From Carcharhinus amblyrhynchos (Eukaryota), in NCBI GenBank assembly GCA_965287045.1, contig OZ336879.1, positions 32,054,001-32,118,000 of the forward strand: a stretch of 64,000 nt of DNA, in the 5' to 3' direction. Below the pieces are notes generated by a model. It was given only the letters and a program-made list of their open reading frames with translations, did not search any database and had not been told where the DNA came from. Numbering within the stretch: position 1 is the first letter of the stretch; each line of letters begins with the position of its first letter. This document shows positions 49,826-63,365 of this stretch, piece by piece. Made by a program: the position numbers and the translations under genes.

Positions 49826-50156
49826 GGGCGTCACCGTAGCACAGTGGTCAGCACTGCTGCTTTACAGCTCCAGGGACCTGGGTTTGATTCCCAGCTTGGG
49901 TCACTGTCTGTGTGGAGTTTGCACATTCTCCCTGTGTCTGCGTGGGTTTCCTCCAGGTGCTCTGGTTTCCTCCCACAGTCCAGAGATGTGCAGGTTAGGT
50001 TAATTGGCCATGCTAAATTGTCCGTTAGTGTCCTGGGTTGTGTGGGTTACAGGGATTAGTTGGTAACATATGGGGATAGGGCCTGGGTGGGATTGTGGTC
50101 GGTGCAGACTTGATGGGCTGCATGGCCTCTTTCTGCACTGTAGGGTTTCTATGATT
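49826..50156 (+). mobile_element. HE1-type V-SINE, full length
   Basis: Closely matches 4601-4940. Confidence 0.9.
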
Positions 50157-50279
50157 TCCCTGTCTGGTCACCATACCATCAGAAGGACGTGGAAGTTTTG
50201 GAGAGAGTACAAAGAAGGTTCACCAGGATGTTGCCTGGTCTCGACAGTGTTGACTATGAGAAGAGGTTGAATAAACTAG

Positions 50280-50717
50280 GCTTGTACTCGTTAGAGTTTA
50301 GAAGAATGAGGGGAGATCTCATTGAGACGTATAAGATGATGAATGGGATGGATAGGATAGAGGTGGAGAGACTTTTCCCGCTCAGAAAGGACAGTAGGAC
50401 TAGGGGGCACAGCCTCAAGATAAAGGGGGGGCGGTTTAGAACGGAGTTGAGGAGGAACTTCTTCACTCAAAGGGTGGTGAATCTCTGGAATTCTCTGCCC
50501 GTTGAGGTGGTGGAGGCTGCCTCGCTAAATATTTTTAAGACGCGGGTTGATGGGTTTTTGATAAGCGAGGGGATTAAGGGTTATGGGGAGAGGGCGGGAA
50601 TGTGGAACTGAGCCACGACAGATCAGCCATGATCTTATTGAATGGCGGGGCAGGCTCGAAGGGCCAGATGGCCTACTCCTGCTCCTATTTCTTATGTTCT
50701 TATGTTATGTTCTTATG
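50280..50717 (+). mobile_element. Young 5'-truncated CR1 LINE (subfamily A)
   Basis: LYSLEFRRMRGDLIETYKMMNG...GERAGMWN plus (TTCTTATG)n tail; near-identical to the other two subfamily A copies. Confidence 0.95.
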
Positions 50718-51002
50718 TTTTCACTGGAAAGAAGGAGGCTGAGGGGAGACCTGATAGAGGTCTACAAAATTATGAGAGGGATAGTCATTGGCTTTTTAAC
50801 ATAATCCAGAAGAGTTGGTGGAAGGAAGGATATTAGCAAAATTTAAGAGGCATCTAGATGGGTACATTAAAAGGGAGGGAAATGAGGGATATGGACTGTG
50901 TAAGGACAGAAGGTTTTTTTTTAGTTTCATTATGGTATCATGACTATCACAGGCTTGGGAGGCTGAAGGGCCTGTTCCTGTGCTGTACTTTTCTTTGTTC
51001 TC

Positions 51003-51700
51003 TGAAACAGCAGAGCCTGTGGAAACAACCGTGAGTCATTACTCCCTTGGATATCAGCACCGTCCTATTGTCTTTGCAGGGACCAGGACGTATGTGAGAG
51101 GAGAAGGTTCTGTGGAACAGTGCCAAATCTGCCAGTGCTGACAATGATGGAGAACAACAGTGAATTTGGTCACTCAAGAGGGGAACTGATCAAGTGGATG
51201 AGGAAAGGGCAGAGTCAGTGTTGGGGCTTGTAAGAATCAGCAGCATCCTCTCTCAGCACTTGTTGAAAGCGAGAGAACATAGCTGGGACCTTGAAAGGGA
51301 TGGGTATGTGTGGCAACAGCTGGTGATGCACACGGCCGTGCTATGCGTTTTTGCACAAGATCTCTGAGATGCGGTGATATTTGACAGATTTTCATTTGCA
51401 GTGTTCTGTGATACCTTGTGCTCACATGAACAGGTCAGTTGTTGGCCCATCAGTTATCAGCTCTGAGGGACTGGTATTAACCGTTTGCAAAGACGGAGGT
51501 GCACCATCTCACATCCTTGCTCCATACCTTCTACTAATTCAGATACTCGCCTCTTGATGAGCATGTACATGTTGGTTGACTGGTTTGGTCACCATGCAAG
51601 CACTGGACTATCTGTCAGGTGCATTAACAGTCCAAGTTCCTGACACTGAAAGTTGGAGATCAGCATATTGTTGGATGACTAGCCTGTCGATTTATCTGTG
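51003..51700 (-). mobile_element. Possible Harbinger transposase relic
   Basis: Minus-strand RTLQMKICQI..RDL..AVATHTHPFQGPS weakly resembles the Harbinger N-terminal RL.....IC..L / L.F.A.GSFQ block. Confidence 0.3.
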
Positions 51701-52711
51701 AGGTGACAGATATTAGCCTTGTTAAATTGATCCTTATTGTCAGGGGAATTAGCAGGGGATGGGGTTTAGGTGGCATTATTATCAGTGCAGGCTTCAATAG
51801 CCTTCTTCAGCAGTATAGGAATTCTATGATTCAAGCATCCTAATGTTCATTTTGTATTGCCTTGCCTTGCTAATCCTCCTAAAATGCATCACCTAACGCT
51901 TTTCAGGGTTAAATTCTATTTGCCACTGTTCTGCCCATCTATGTAGTTCTGTAATCTAAGGCTTTTTAACTCACTACTTACCGCACCACTGATTTTGGGG
52001 CCGTGAACTGACTGACCATACCCATAAAAATTATATAGACTAAAAACAGAGGTGAACCAGTACTGATCCCTGCAGAACACCACTGGATACAGGCTTCCAG
52101 CTACAAAAATAATCTTTGACATCCTAACATTTTTCCTATTATTCCTATTTCATCAGTTAATGTCTTATTCCCCAATCGTTCAAAGGGTTTACTAAATATC
52201 AAGGTGCTAATTTAACTGCAAATCTATACCCATTATTTCAGATGCTGACAATTTACTGATTGCTAATATATTCTCATTAGTTCTGCAGTTTACTGCAATG
52301 TTTCTGAAGCCAACCACTAAGCATGATTGTGCACTCACTGTTCTCACTGTAGATTTAGTTTCATTACCTCCTGTTCCAAATTCCAGAAAACATTCAACGT
52401 GTGTCATTTACTTGCATTTTCAGAAGGCATTTTATAACATTCCCCTTTGTGAGACTTCTACAATTAAAATAGCTGTGTGAAAAATGGCTTGAGAATAGAA
52501 AGCCAAATCTGACAATATGACAAATCTTCAGATGTTAGGGAAAGGGGCAGATATGTAGAGCCGTTTTATTGTTTACATTAATCAAAATATAAAATAGTAA
52601 CATAGAGAAGAGTACTTTGCGCTTAACTTACAGATGATACAGACTATAGGGCCACAATTTTACTGGTTTGCCCCACCGGTTGATGGGTGATTTCTTGCCT
52701 CTTACTGACAC

Positions 52712-53709
52712 ATTTCCTAACTCACAGACCACAATCAGTAAGGATAGGCAACAACATCTCCTCCATGATCATCCTCAACACCGGTGCCCCACAAGGCTGT
52801 GTTCTCAGCCCCCTACTGTACTCCTTTATACACCTATGACTGTGTGGCCAAATTCCCCTCCAATTCGATTCTCGAGTTTGCTGACAACACCAACGTAGTG
52901 GATTGGATCTCAAACAATGATGAGACAGAATGAGATGGAAAATTGGGTGAACTGGTGCGGCAACAATAATCTCTCCCTCGACGTCAACAAAGCGAAGGAG
53001 ATTGTCATCGACTTGAGGAAACGTAAAGGATAACATGCCCCTGTCTGCATCAATGGGGACGAATTAGAAATGGTCGAGAGCTTCAAGTTTTTAGGTGTCC
53101 AGATCACCAACAACCTGGTCCCCCCATGCTGACGTTATAGTTAAGAAAGCCCACCAATGCCTCTACTTTCTCAGAAGACTAAGGAAATTTGGCATGTCAG
53201 CTACAATTCTTACCAATGTTTACAGATGCACCATAGAAAACATTCTTTCTGGTTGTATCACAGCTTGGTATGCCTCCTGCTCTGCCCAAGACAGCAAGAA
53301 ACTACAAAAGGTCGTGAATGTAGCCCAATCCATCACACAAATCAATCTCTCATCCATTGACTCTGTCCACACTTCCTGCTGCCTCAGCAAAGCAGCCAGC
53401 ATAATTAAGGACCCCACGCATCCCAAACATTCTCTCTTCCACCTTCTTCCTTTGGGAAAAAGATACAAAAATCTGAGGTCACGTATTAACTGACCCAAGA
53501 ATAGCTTCTTCCCTGCTACTATCAGACTTTTGAATGGATTTCCTTGCATTAAGTTGATGTTTCTCTACACTCTAGCTATGACTGTAACACTACATTCTAC
53601 ACTATCTTGTTTCCTTCTCTATGAATGATATGTTTTGTCTGTATAGTGCGCAAGAAACAAAACTTTTCACTGCATGTTAATACATGCAACAATAATAAAT
53701 CAAATCAAA
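52712..53709 (+). mobile_element. Rex1/Babar-clade LINE 3' portion
   Basis: [38 protein letters not shown] and KKAHQCLYFLRRLRKFG..YRCTIENILSGCITAWY; tail aataataaatcaaatcaaa. Confidence 0.9.
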
Positions 53710-55009
53710 ATACAGCCTCTTGCTCATTTCCAGCAAGTGGCTGAATAAATTATTTAAAACAATTTTCATGTGATTAGCGAGCCTGGGTGCAATCGTCCAG
53801 GTTCACTTGCCTTTGTGACCTTGCTGGAAGAGGTCCTCTCCATTGAGGCCACTCGGGGAGTTGAGGGATAGGGTAGTGCCAGAAAGGGTGGTGCCAGCCT
53901 GGCACCATGGCACTGCCCACCAGGGGCAGGGTCAAGCCAAGGCAGTTGGGTAGGGGAATGCCCACTTGCCATTCTGCATGCAATCGGTATGGGGAGTCGG
54001 GGCCCAATGCCAGTCTGTAGGAGATCGGTGGGTGGGACAGGAGCACGATCGGTCTGGGCAGTGTGGGTCTTGCGATCAGCTTTATAAAAAGGATATGGAG
54101 TATGGAAACAAAGAAGTCACGCTAATCCCACTGGTTTTTGATTATTTTAAGAAAAATGCCAAAGCCAGAGCATGGCAGCAGTACTGAAGAGAGTCAATAA
54201 GATGTACCAGAGAAGAGAAGCTTCAGTAGTGAGCACAGATGAGAGACATGAGGCCTCTTCTGGTTTGAGGGATACAGGGCTCTTTTCATGGAGACAAAGA
54301 GGGTTAAATGAGAATCAGCAGGAGAATGAAGAATTTGAGAGGAGATAATTCACAAAAAATAACTTCATAACTGGTAAGTCGGTTCCAAAATGTTTCATAT
54401 TTCAGTAATGCAAAAATTCAAGAAGTTAGGTGATTTGTTTTTGTGCGTAAGTGTGAAAGCAATCCATCAGAAATAATAGTGGAAGCAGGTTCCAGAGTAA
54501 CATTTAACAAGAAAGAGGATATGTGTTTGAAAAATATGGAAGGTTATCTAGGAAGTGAATAATTTGTTCAGAGAGTCATTATATAAGGCAAAATGGTCTC
54601 CAACTATGAAAAATTCTGCATTTTCTTGATCATTTTCCATGTCCTCAGTAAAGGCAGATTATTGTAATAGAATGCCACCTAGAGGACATATTCTTACAAA
54701 AGCCCAAAGAATTTCATGGCTAAATAATTGGTTCATGCAATTCCAATTTTTTAGACATGACTTACACAACTAAAGTTTGGCCAGTTGGAGGTGTGCTGCC
54801 TGTCATGTTGGGTAAAGATCAAAAATATGCATCTGTTACCTCTGCCTGAAGACGACGTTTTAGGTATTTTGGACATGCAAATAAGGAGATTGGCATATAT
54901 TTGAGGCACCCTTTCTAAAATCCTGAGACAACTGTGGTAATATAATCAGGGCCTAGTTTTAAGGCTGATTAAATTGGATATCTTAAATTAAAGAATTGGG
55001 CATATTAAA

Positions 55010-56480
55010 ACTATAAGACAAAGGAGTCTGCTCCGCCATTCAATCATGGCTGATTTTTTTTCTCATCCCCATTCTCCTGCCTTTTCCCCATAACCCCTGA
55101 TCCTCTTATTAATCAAAAACCTGTCTATCTCTGACTTAAAGACACTCAATGACCTGACCTCCACAGACATCTACGACAGGGTTCCAAAGATTCACTACTC
55201 TCTGGCTGAAGAAATTCCTGCTCACCTCTGTTTTAAAGGATTGTTCTTTTAGCCGGAGGTTGTACCCTCTGGTTCTAGTTTTTCCTTTTAGTGGAAACAT
55301 CCTCTCCACGTCCACTCTATCCAGGCCTCACAGTATCCTGTAAGTTTTAGTAAGATCCACCCCTTGTCCTTCCTAACGCCAACAAGTACATACCCAGAGT
55401 CCTCAACTGTTCCTCATATGACAAGCTCTTCATTCCAGCGATCATTCTTGTGAACCTCCTCTGGACCCTTTCCAAGGCCAGCCCATCCTTCCTTAGATAT
55501 AGGGCCTAAAATTGCTCACAGTACTCCAAATGGGGTCTGACCAGAGCCATATACAGCCTCAGAAGTACATCCCTGCTGTTGTATTCTTGCCCTCTCAACA
55601 TGAATGCTAATATTGCAATTGCCTTCCGAACTGCCAACTGAACCTGCACATTAAAGGAGTCTTGAATAGTGACTATCAAGTCCCTTTGTGTTTCTAATTT
55701 CCTCAGCATTTTCCCATTTAGAAAATAGTCTATGCCTCCATTCCTCCTTCCAAAGTACTCACACTTTTCCACATTGTATTCATCTGCCACTTCTTTGCCC
55801 ACTCTCCTAACCTGTCCAAATCCTTCTGCAACCCTCCTGCTCCCTCAAACTACCTGTCCCTCGACATATCTTTGTATCATCTGTGAACCTAGCAACAATG
55901 CCTCCGGTTCCTTCCTCCAAATCGTTAATGTATATTCTGAGAAGTTGTGGTTGTAGCACTGACCTCTGGAGGCACACCACTACTCGCTGGCTGCCATCCT
56001 GAGAAATACCCCTTTATCGCCACTCTCTGCCTTCTGCCAGTCAGCCAATCCTCTATCCATGCCAGGATCTTACGTTTAATATCCCGGGTACTCATTTAAC
56101 AGTCTCCTATGTGGCATCTTGTCAAAGGCCTTCTGGAAATCTAAATAAATCATGTCCACTAGCTCTCCTTTATCTAACTTCTTGTTAATTCTTCAAAGAA
56201 CTCTAACAGATTTGTCAGACATGACCTCCCCTTGCCAAAGCCGTACTATCTCAGTCCTACTTTATCATGCACTTCCAAGTAATCTGTAATTTCATCTCTA
56301 ATAATGGACTCCAAAATCTTGCCAATGCCCGAAGTCAGGCTAACTGGCCTCTGATTTCCTGTCTGTTGCCTCCCTCCTTTCTTAAACCACGGTGCTACGT
56401 TTGCTACTTTCCAGTCCTGTGGTATCTTCCCTGATTCTAGTGATTCCCGAAAGATCACTACCAATGCTCCACAATTTCCT
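55010..56480 (-). mobile_element. CR1 LINE 3' portion (decayed)
   Basis: Minus-strand IPQDWKVANVAPWFKKGGR, YLDFQKAFDK and LYMALVRPHLEYCEQF. Confidence 0.9.
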
Positions 56481-56484
56481 CAAA

Positions 56485-57236
56485 TCAAACACAGTCAAAC
56501 CTTGGGCAAGCCAGACTTGACTAAGATCAAATATACAAATACACAGAAACATGTTTGGGCCTGGCCCATCAATCAGTCATCAAAGATCACTGCTTTCTAT
56601 TGAGCCCCAGCAGGAGATCATCACACTCCATTGAAATGCACCAGCGTCTTGTTAGAAGCCCAAATCAGGCCAGACCTTCTGTCACCTAGAGTTCCTGCAT
56701 CTTACATGTAAGCAACACCATGGAGATGGACACGTGGGGATGGGCCCCAGTGACCTGTCTGGCAGACATCAAAAAACCCACTGGGTACTGGGACCCCCGC
56801 CCAAGACCTCATTGGCTAGAAGTCAGAGAAGTTTCTGAAAAGGCAGACAAGCAGGGGAATAAAGATACACATCTCAGTCACATCAGCAGCAAAGACTCGA
56901 AGAGGGAGGCGACCTTGACCATCTGGAAGACTGACCAGAGAAGGAAGGGAGGAAAGAAGCTGCTGCCATTGAGACTCACCTCCATGATGACTGATCAGGG
57001 GATTCAGAGAATCAGGCCTGCAATTTAACCAAACCATCTTTGCGGGTAGTGTACTTGAATCTGGGGTATCCTCTTGTTTTATGTGGGTAATTTAAGGGTT
57101 AATAGTGTTATTATTAATAAACTTATTGAACCTTTACTTGTGCTTGTTCTTTGTCCAGTTTGCAAATAAGGGCATCGGGATAAAACCTTTGAGTAAGTAA
57201 ACTGTACGGAAGGATCTGAGAATTATAGCTTCAACA
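56485..57236 (+). mobile_element. LTR-like fragment
   Basis: U3/R/U5-like composition with AATAAA at ~57116 and a TTCAACA end; 5' boundary and TSD not resolved. Confidence 0.4.
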
Positions 57237-60200
57237 TAACCTACACTCAGAGTAACCAAGCCTGAGGACCACTTGTTAAGCTCAATCAATAGCATTTTAA
57301 ACTCATTTGAATATGAGACCAGGAAGACGTGGTAGCATTCCCACCCGATCACAACTCTAAATGAACCAATTACTCTCATCTCACCCATTCCAACATTGTT
57401 GCCACTTCCTAGCCTGACCTTGATCTTTCAGGCCCCCAATATCCCTTCCTGCTGGTTCCAAAACCTGATAAACGATTTGAAGAGAAGCAATGGTCTGTAT
57501 GGTTAACATTCCGCACTGAGCCATGAACAATTAATATACCTGTAGATTAACTGATCATTCTCCTGCCTTTGGTTTTTGTACAAACTTACTCTTGTAAGTA
57601 ACAACCTAATTTTGTGGATACATTTCCTTGTATTGAATTGGTGAATACAGTGCAGAACCGAGCAGCATGTCTCCTAGTTTGTGTTGTGTTCGCTGATCTC
57701 ATGAAGGACTGCAATAAGTTGTTCACTGCGTAAGCTATGGAGCAGATATTACTGGATGCAGAATCAACTCTGCAGTGATGCCACCTTCATGGACTGATTG
57801 CCAACTGAGATAAATATAAGGAATATAAACTTGGATGATGGAGGCCTTGTGATTCAGTGATAGGGCCCCTGCCTCTGAGCTGAAAGCTCCGGGTTCAAGT
57901 CCCGCTCCAGAACCTGAGACCAAGGAAGGCAATTCATAATGCGGCTGAATAAGTTGAGTATCAAGCTTCAAGTCCTTCTGACACATGCCAATAGGAGGCA
58001 GTATGCATGAGAGGGAATCTTGGTCAGCTATGTAATGGAAAGTAAACTGGAACCTCTACAATCACAATTCAGACCCAGGAGTAAAAGTAGATGTTGCCAC
58101 AGCAAGTCCAACCCCTATACAGGCCATTTGGCTCAATTGGCTGGATAACTGATTGGGATTAGGTTGGTGGCCAGAGCAAAGAGTTTCAATCCCTGTTCTG
58201 GCACATGTGGATTTGAGACCTTGCCTCCTTGCCCTTCCTGTGGTGGAGGCTGTGGTACTATGGGTTGGACCTGCCTTTGGGCAGAGAACTGAAGAAGAAG
58301 AAAATTAGATGAAGTAATAAACAGACACCTGGGAAACTGTACCCTGGAGAGTGGTAGGGCAGGAAATTGGACAAATGCTGAAATCTGCCTTTTGTTTTAT
58401 ATCCCTGATGCATTAGCCGATGATTAAACCAGAATTGGAGATGAAAGCAAAGTAAAAGGCAGCTGTCTGATAATCATCAGAAAGACCACGTTAAATGTCA
58501 CACTGAAAGAACAGGTTACACTTGACCATCTGTTCTTGCTGGTGTTTCGTTCCCGAAAAACTTTGACTATAAGTCAAAGAAATAGAGACAGATTGAGAGA
58601 TCAGTTTGGATCTGCCCTTTCTGTGTCATGGATACCGGCTAATTGAGCTGGACATAAGGAATGAAACACTAGCTCAGCCACTGAGAAAGCTATTTTTCAC
58701 ATTATAGGTTAAATACTTGTTTATGTGAAAAGTTGCCGCAGGGACTGAGCGAATTTTATTAATTTTTTTAAGTAAAATCTTAAATCCAAGAAAATCACAG
58801 AAATCAAGTGACAGAAATGGATACACATTGACTTGGTTTTGTCATGTAAAATTGGTAATAGCCAGTCAGCAACTTGTTTTGCAACTTTTCTGCCTTTTTA
58901 TTGATATTGACTACATTTATATAGTACCTTTCATAACCACCAGACAGTCCAGTCTTTTTGGCTAAAATTCATTACTTTACAAGATGCTGCATTAAATTCC
59001 ATCTGTCGTTTGTTTGCCTATTCTAAATTTGGTTACAGTCAGTTCGTATCACACTCACTATTTGTCACATCACCAAGTTTGGTATCATTGGCAAATATTG
59101 AATTTTTTTTACTATGAATTCCAATATCCAAGTTGTTTATATACTTCAGAAAAAGCAGTAGTCCTAGCAATACCCTTGGGGGACACCACTGTTTACTATC
59201 CTTTGCTCTGTGAAAAACTTAGGCCAACTCTTTTATCCAAGCTGACACCCTCTATTCCATGAGCCTTATTTTTGTCAACCAGCCTTTTATCTGGTTAATC
59301 TTAATACTTCAATAAATTAAGAAAATTCCTTTGGCTTTCTGACTGTCTGTGTATGCCAACCAAATCTGAAGTCACAATCAGCACAACTATGCAGGCACTC
59401 ATACAGAGTAATTTTAACTACATCGCCTGAGTGATAATCTGCGTGTGTGTGTCAGCCATATGTTGTATCCTATTTTCATTTTCTTGAAATCAGATGGATT
59501 CTATAAAGCATTCCCTCAGCCATGACATCATCCAGAAAGTGAAGCTGAAAATCAAGCTCATGATATCAGTTTAGTTCCTGTAAACATCATAAAAATACTG
59601 GAATATAGAAGCACCAGTTTCTTTTTTAATAACTCACAACTGGTAGCAAACATATGATCTAAACCTGTGTTTGTATTCCTACATTCCTTCAAGTTTGACT
59701 GAATTATCTAAACTGGAATATGATGTGGAAGGAAGTTGGATGATGTCCTTTGGAAAGAATCTGGTGTGTGTTGTGATCCATATTATTGTACCTGGGTCAT
59801 TTACTGGAGCTGAGTAGAAACCGAGAAAAAGCTCCCCAACATTTGTGTCATAAAAGAACTAAACTGATGAACCTTTAATCTCTAGATTACCATCCAAATG
59901 TACCTCAATGATTCACTTCATTGCAGATTTTTCAAACCCCACCATTTTGATCAATTCAACGTTCAAATTTGTTCAAAGATTGCACAATAAGATGGTGATG
60001 GTAACTGGTTTTCAGTTTAAATTAAATGATCAATAGCAGTCTTTTGACCATAAGTTGCTTAGCTGGGAAGAATTCTGAGGATCTTAACAACAAAAGAAAA
60101 GAAAAATATCTATTTCTTGAGCTTCTAAGGGAGCCATATTGCATTAAAAAAATATACAAATCTATTTAAATTTTTTTTTTGCTAGGAAATATTTGGGTTG

Positions 60201-60264
60201 TTTCCAAGGAACCTCAATGCTGATGGGAGTTCCATTGAAATCACATACGCAAATGTATTGCTTT

Positions 60265-60790
60265 GGCTGAATAGCACTCTCACCTCTCAGTTAAGAGTGT
60301 GGTTGGGTCAAGCTGAATTCCAGACACTTGAGTGCACAATGTGAGCTGAATCTTCCATGCAGTATTGAGGGAGTGCTGTCCTGCCAGAGCTTCCGTCATT
60401 TGGATGAGACATCAAACTGAGGCGGAGTCTGCTCCACCAGGTGGGTAATTGTTCCCACAAGGTCATTCAGATTGTATGTTTTGTTTGGTTTCATTTTACA
60501 GTAAACATCCTGTGTGTTGCCTGGTGAATGTTATAAAATAAGGAGATAATATTAATTTCGTTGAAACTGAAAAAAAAAACTCACAGGAAGTTTTGGAGAG
60601 CAGGGACAATTTTCCTGGTGCTCTAGCTAATATTTCTCCCTCAAACACAATGTCTAAAATGGACTATCTGATCTTTATTGTATTGTTGGGGTCTTGAAGT
60701 GTACAAAGTGATTACTGTGTTTTCTACATTACAAAGGTAACTGAACTTCAGAAGTATATAGTTCAATAAGGCGTTCTGAGTTTATGGAAG
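60265..60790 (+). mobile_element. Deu-domain SINE (SacSINE1-like), interrupted at ~60449-60580
   Basis: gcactctcacctctcag..tgcagtattgagggagtgctg..ggatgagacatcaaactgagg..caggtgg, resuming gagcagggac..cctggtgctctagctaatatttctccctcaa. Confidence 0.75.
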
Positions 60791-62246
60791 TTTTAAAAAT
60801 TAAAATTCTGTTTTTCCTTTTACCCAAAGTCACAATCATAGAATCTCTACAGTGCGGAAAGAGGCTATTCGGCCCATTAAGTCTGTACCGACTCTGACCC
60901 AGGCTTCCCCCATTACTCCTCATATTTACTTTGCTGACCTATATATCTTAGGATACTAAGGGGCAACTTATTATGGCCAATCAACTTAACCTACACACCT
61001 TTGGACTGTGTGAGAAAACCAGAGCATCCAGAGGAAACACTCAGACATGAGGACAATGTGCAAATTCTAACCAGACAGTCATCCAAGGCTGGAACTGAAT
61101 CTGGGTCCTTTGTGGTGTGAGCCAGCAGTGCTAACCACTGTGGGTGGAATCTCCATAATATGTACTATTGGCTGAGGTGATGTGGTTGGGTGGATAAAAG
61201 GCTGGCCCCACCACCCTCAGTATCCCCCACAGAATTTAACTGGGCAATGTACAGAAGAGAGATTCCCAACACATTCTGTATTGCGTAACTGTGAAACCTA
61301 AACAGAACTCGGGCTTTCAAGTTGCATTTTTCTAACAGTCAGATTCACAAATCTTTCACGGAATGAATTTGGAACGCAAGTTGTTGTATGTTAAACAATT
61401 CGGAAATCATATTTTAAAATCTCTGATCAGATCTGTGTGACCTACACTGTAAAAGAAGGCATGCCAAATTTCTTTTGGTGGGGGAAGGGGGTTATTGAAG
61501 AGAGGGAAAGGTGTATTCATACTTGTAAATATTTTTTGTGAAACGCAACAATGTTATCGTCACAACAAATAATACAGATTGTATGAAGCCCCAGCCAAAG
61601 TCAGTGCATTATTGTGTTAGAGTATAAAACATTCCTTCAACCAGTCTTACTCCACCACACTGGCAGGTAACTGCCCTTGTTCATTCCTACAGACAGATAC
61701 AGAATCACTCTCATTGTTTTAAAAAAATTGTTACGAAAGGCTTGTACACATTCACTGTGAACAACAAGAACACAGCTAGGCATGAAACTCATCCAGTTTC
61801 ACTTTGCCTAATTGATATGGAAAAGTCAGAGGTCAGACTGAAGCCAACACAACTCGGCTCTTAGAATTCCTCAGAGAGCTTTTGTCTCTGATTCCACATC
61901 AGCATGATTTTGTAACTGTGTATTACACCGGGGTTTAGTCACAAACATCAGCTCTGTTACTCAGCTCCCAATGAAACCTGACAAGAGAGCTGGCAGTTGC
62001 TCAACAGCGGAACATATTGTTGCTGTGCTTTTAGGCAAAAAAGCTATGAGCTGATATGCCGAGGGGAGGTGGGAGCTGGCTTTGATCCAGAGATCAGATT
62101 ACACTCTGTTTCTATCTCTCTGTTTCAATTTCAATGAAATTAATATTATCTCCTTATCTTACAATGTTCACCAGGCAACACACAGGATGTTTACTGTAAA
62201 ATGAAACCAAACAAAACATACAGTCTGAATGACCTCGAGGGAACAA
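60449..62246. repeat. Dispersed inverted repeat pair (~125 bp; 60449-60572 and 62122-62246)
   Basis: A shared core of over 50 bp (tgtatgttttgtttggtttcattttacagtaaacatcctgtgtgttgcctggtgaa) is exactly reverse-complementary between the copies. Confidence 0.85.
60834..61141 (-). mobile_element. HE1-type V-SINE
   Basis: aatcatagaatctctacagtgc tail to cagcagtgctaaccactg head. Confidence 0.85.
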
Positions 62247-62559
62247 ATATTCAACGCCTAGATTTGAACATACTGTAAATCGTCCCCTAGTTTCATTCTG
62301 TCTAATAACATCTATTGCAGCATTTGGAGAAGACACAGGAGAACCATACTGCATTCTGGTATACACCTTGAATTCTTCAAACACTTTATTTTTCAGTGTC
62401 CTCCGTACCTGTGGCTGTTTTTGTTCTTAAAATACCTGAATGTTTAAAACATGATGTGACAGGGTACCCTCTGTCATTCTCCATTGAATTATCCAGGCTG
62501 ATGGATCAGGACAGGACTGAGGGCGTGGTGCACAGCCAAAGAGGCTTTTCATTAAGATG

Positions 62560-63365
62560 TTAAACTGCTGATTTGTGTCGACTCTATCAAAATTTTTCAA
62601 AATTTTAAAAACCTGTACAAGCGCACCTCTCAGCCTTCTGTTTTCAATAGAAAGGACCCCAGTCTGTTCATCCAAACTGCCCCCACCACCACCTCACCCG
62701 GTCGGTATAGCTTTGCAATTCTTGAATCATCATTGTAAATCTTTACACCTTTGCTGGCTGACCCAAAGTTCCATATATATATAATAAAGATTTTTAATTT
62801 ATCCCTCTAGAAATTACCCCAGTGCTTGGCTTGATTTATTTAAACTCTTATTAACCAGCACAGTATTGTTAATTAATTATTTGCATTCCCAATCCTTTAG
62901 CTCTTCTACCTCATTTAGATTCCTATTTTGCAAGTAACATGTAACATGTCTTCCTCCCAAAGTACCATACCACTACATTAATGTTCACATAACAATTAGG
63001 TGTCATTCTGCAAGATTATTAATGTCTTCTTACATTTTGTCTTCCTCCGTACTGAACACCCACCTCTTCATTCAACCCAAATTTGGAGACGTCTACAAAT
63101 TTCTTATGGACAAATTTTGGTTTCTCGAGAATTAACAGATATGGGGAGTAGGCAAGTTGTGAACAGTATGGATCCCTGATCTTTGCAGAACTTACTTCCT
63201 ACCATTTGCCATTGTCAATAGCTATGTTTTACTGCCACTCTCTGTTTTGTGAACTGCAGCCAGCTAGAAAATCATTCTGCCCCTTACTCTACATGTTCTG
63301 ACCTTATTCATTAGTCTATTACGTGATTCTAGGTCAAAAACCTTTTTGAATTTCTAGATATATTG
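62560..63365 (-). mobile_element. Very old CR1 fragment
   Basis: Minus-strand SIENRRLRGALVQVFKILKNFDRVD and YLEIQKGFD-like motifs. Confidence 0.6.

Larger units (their letters stand above)
48400..51002 (+). mobile_element. Decayed CR1 LINE with nested inverted CR1 piece, SINE and young CR1
   Basis: EILNEYFVLIFTK, DMDFSKAFDKVPQ, QGSVQGPLLFVVYINDL and LHLEYC; resumes at 50160 and again at 50718. Confidence 0.85.

Noticed and set aside
62154-62384. ORF with YGSPVS resembling MYO16 YGYPVR
   Set aside because: Flanking residues do not match the expected motor exon and no suitable splice sites were found; chance similarity.
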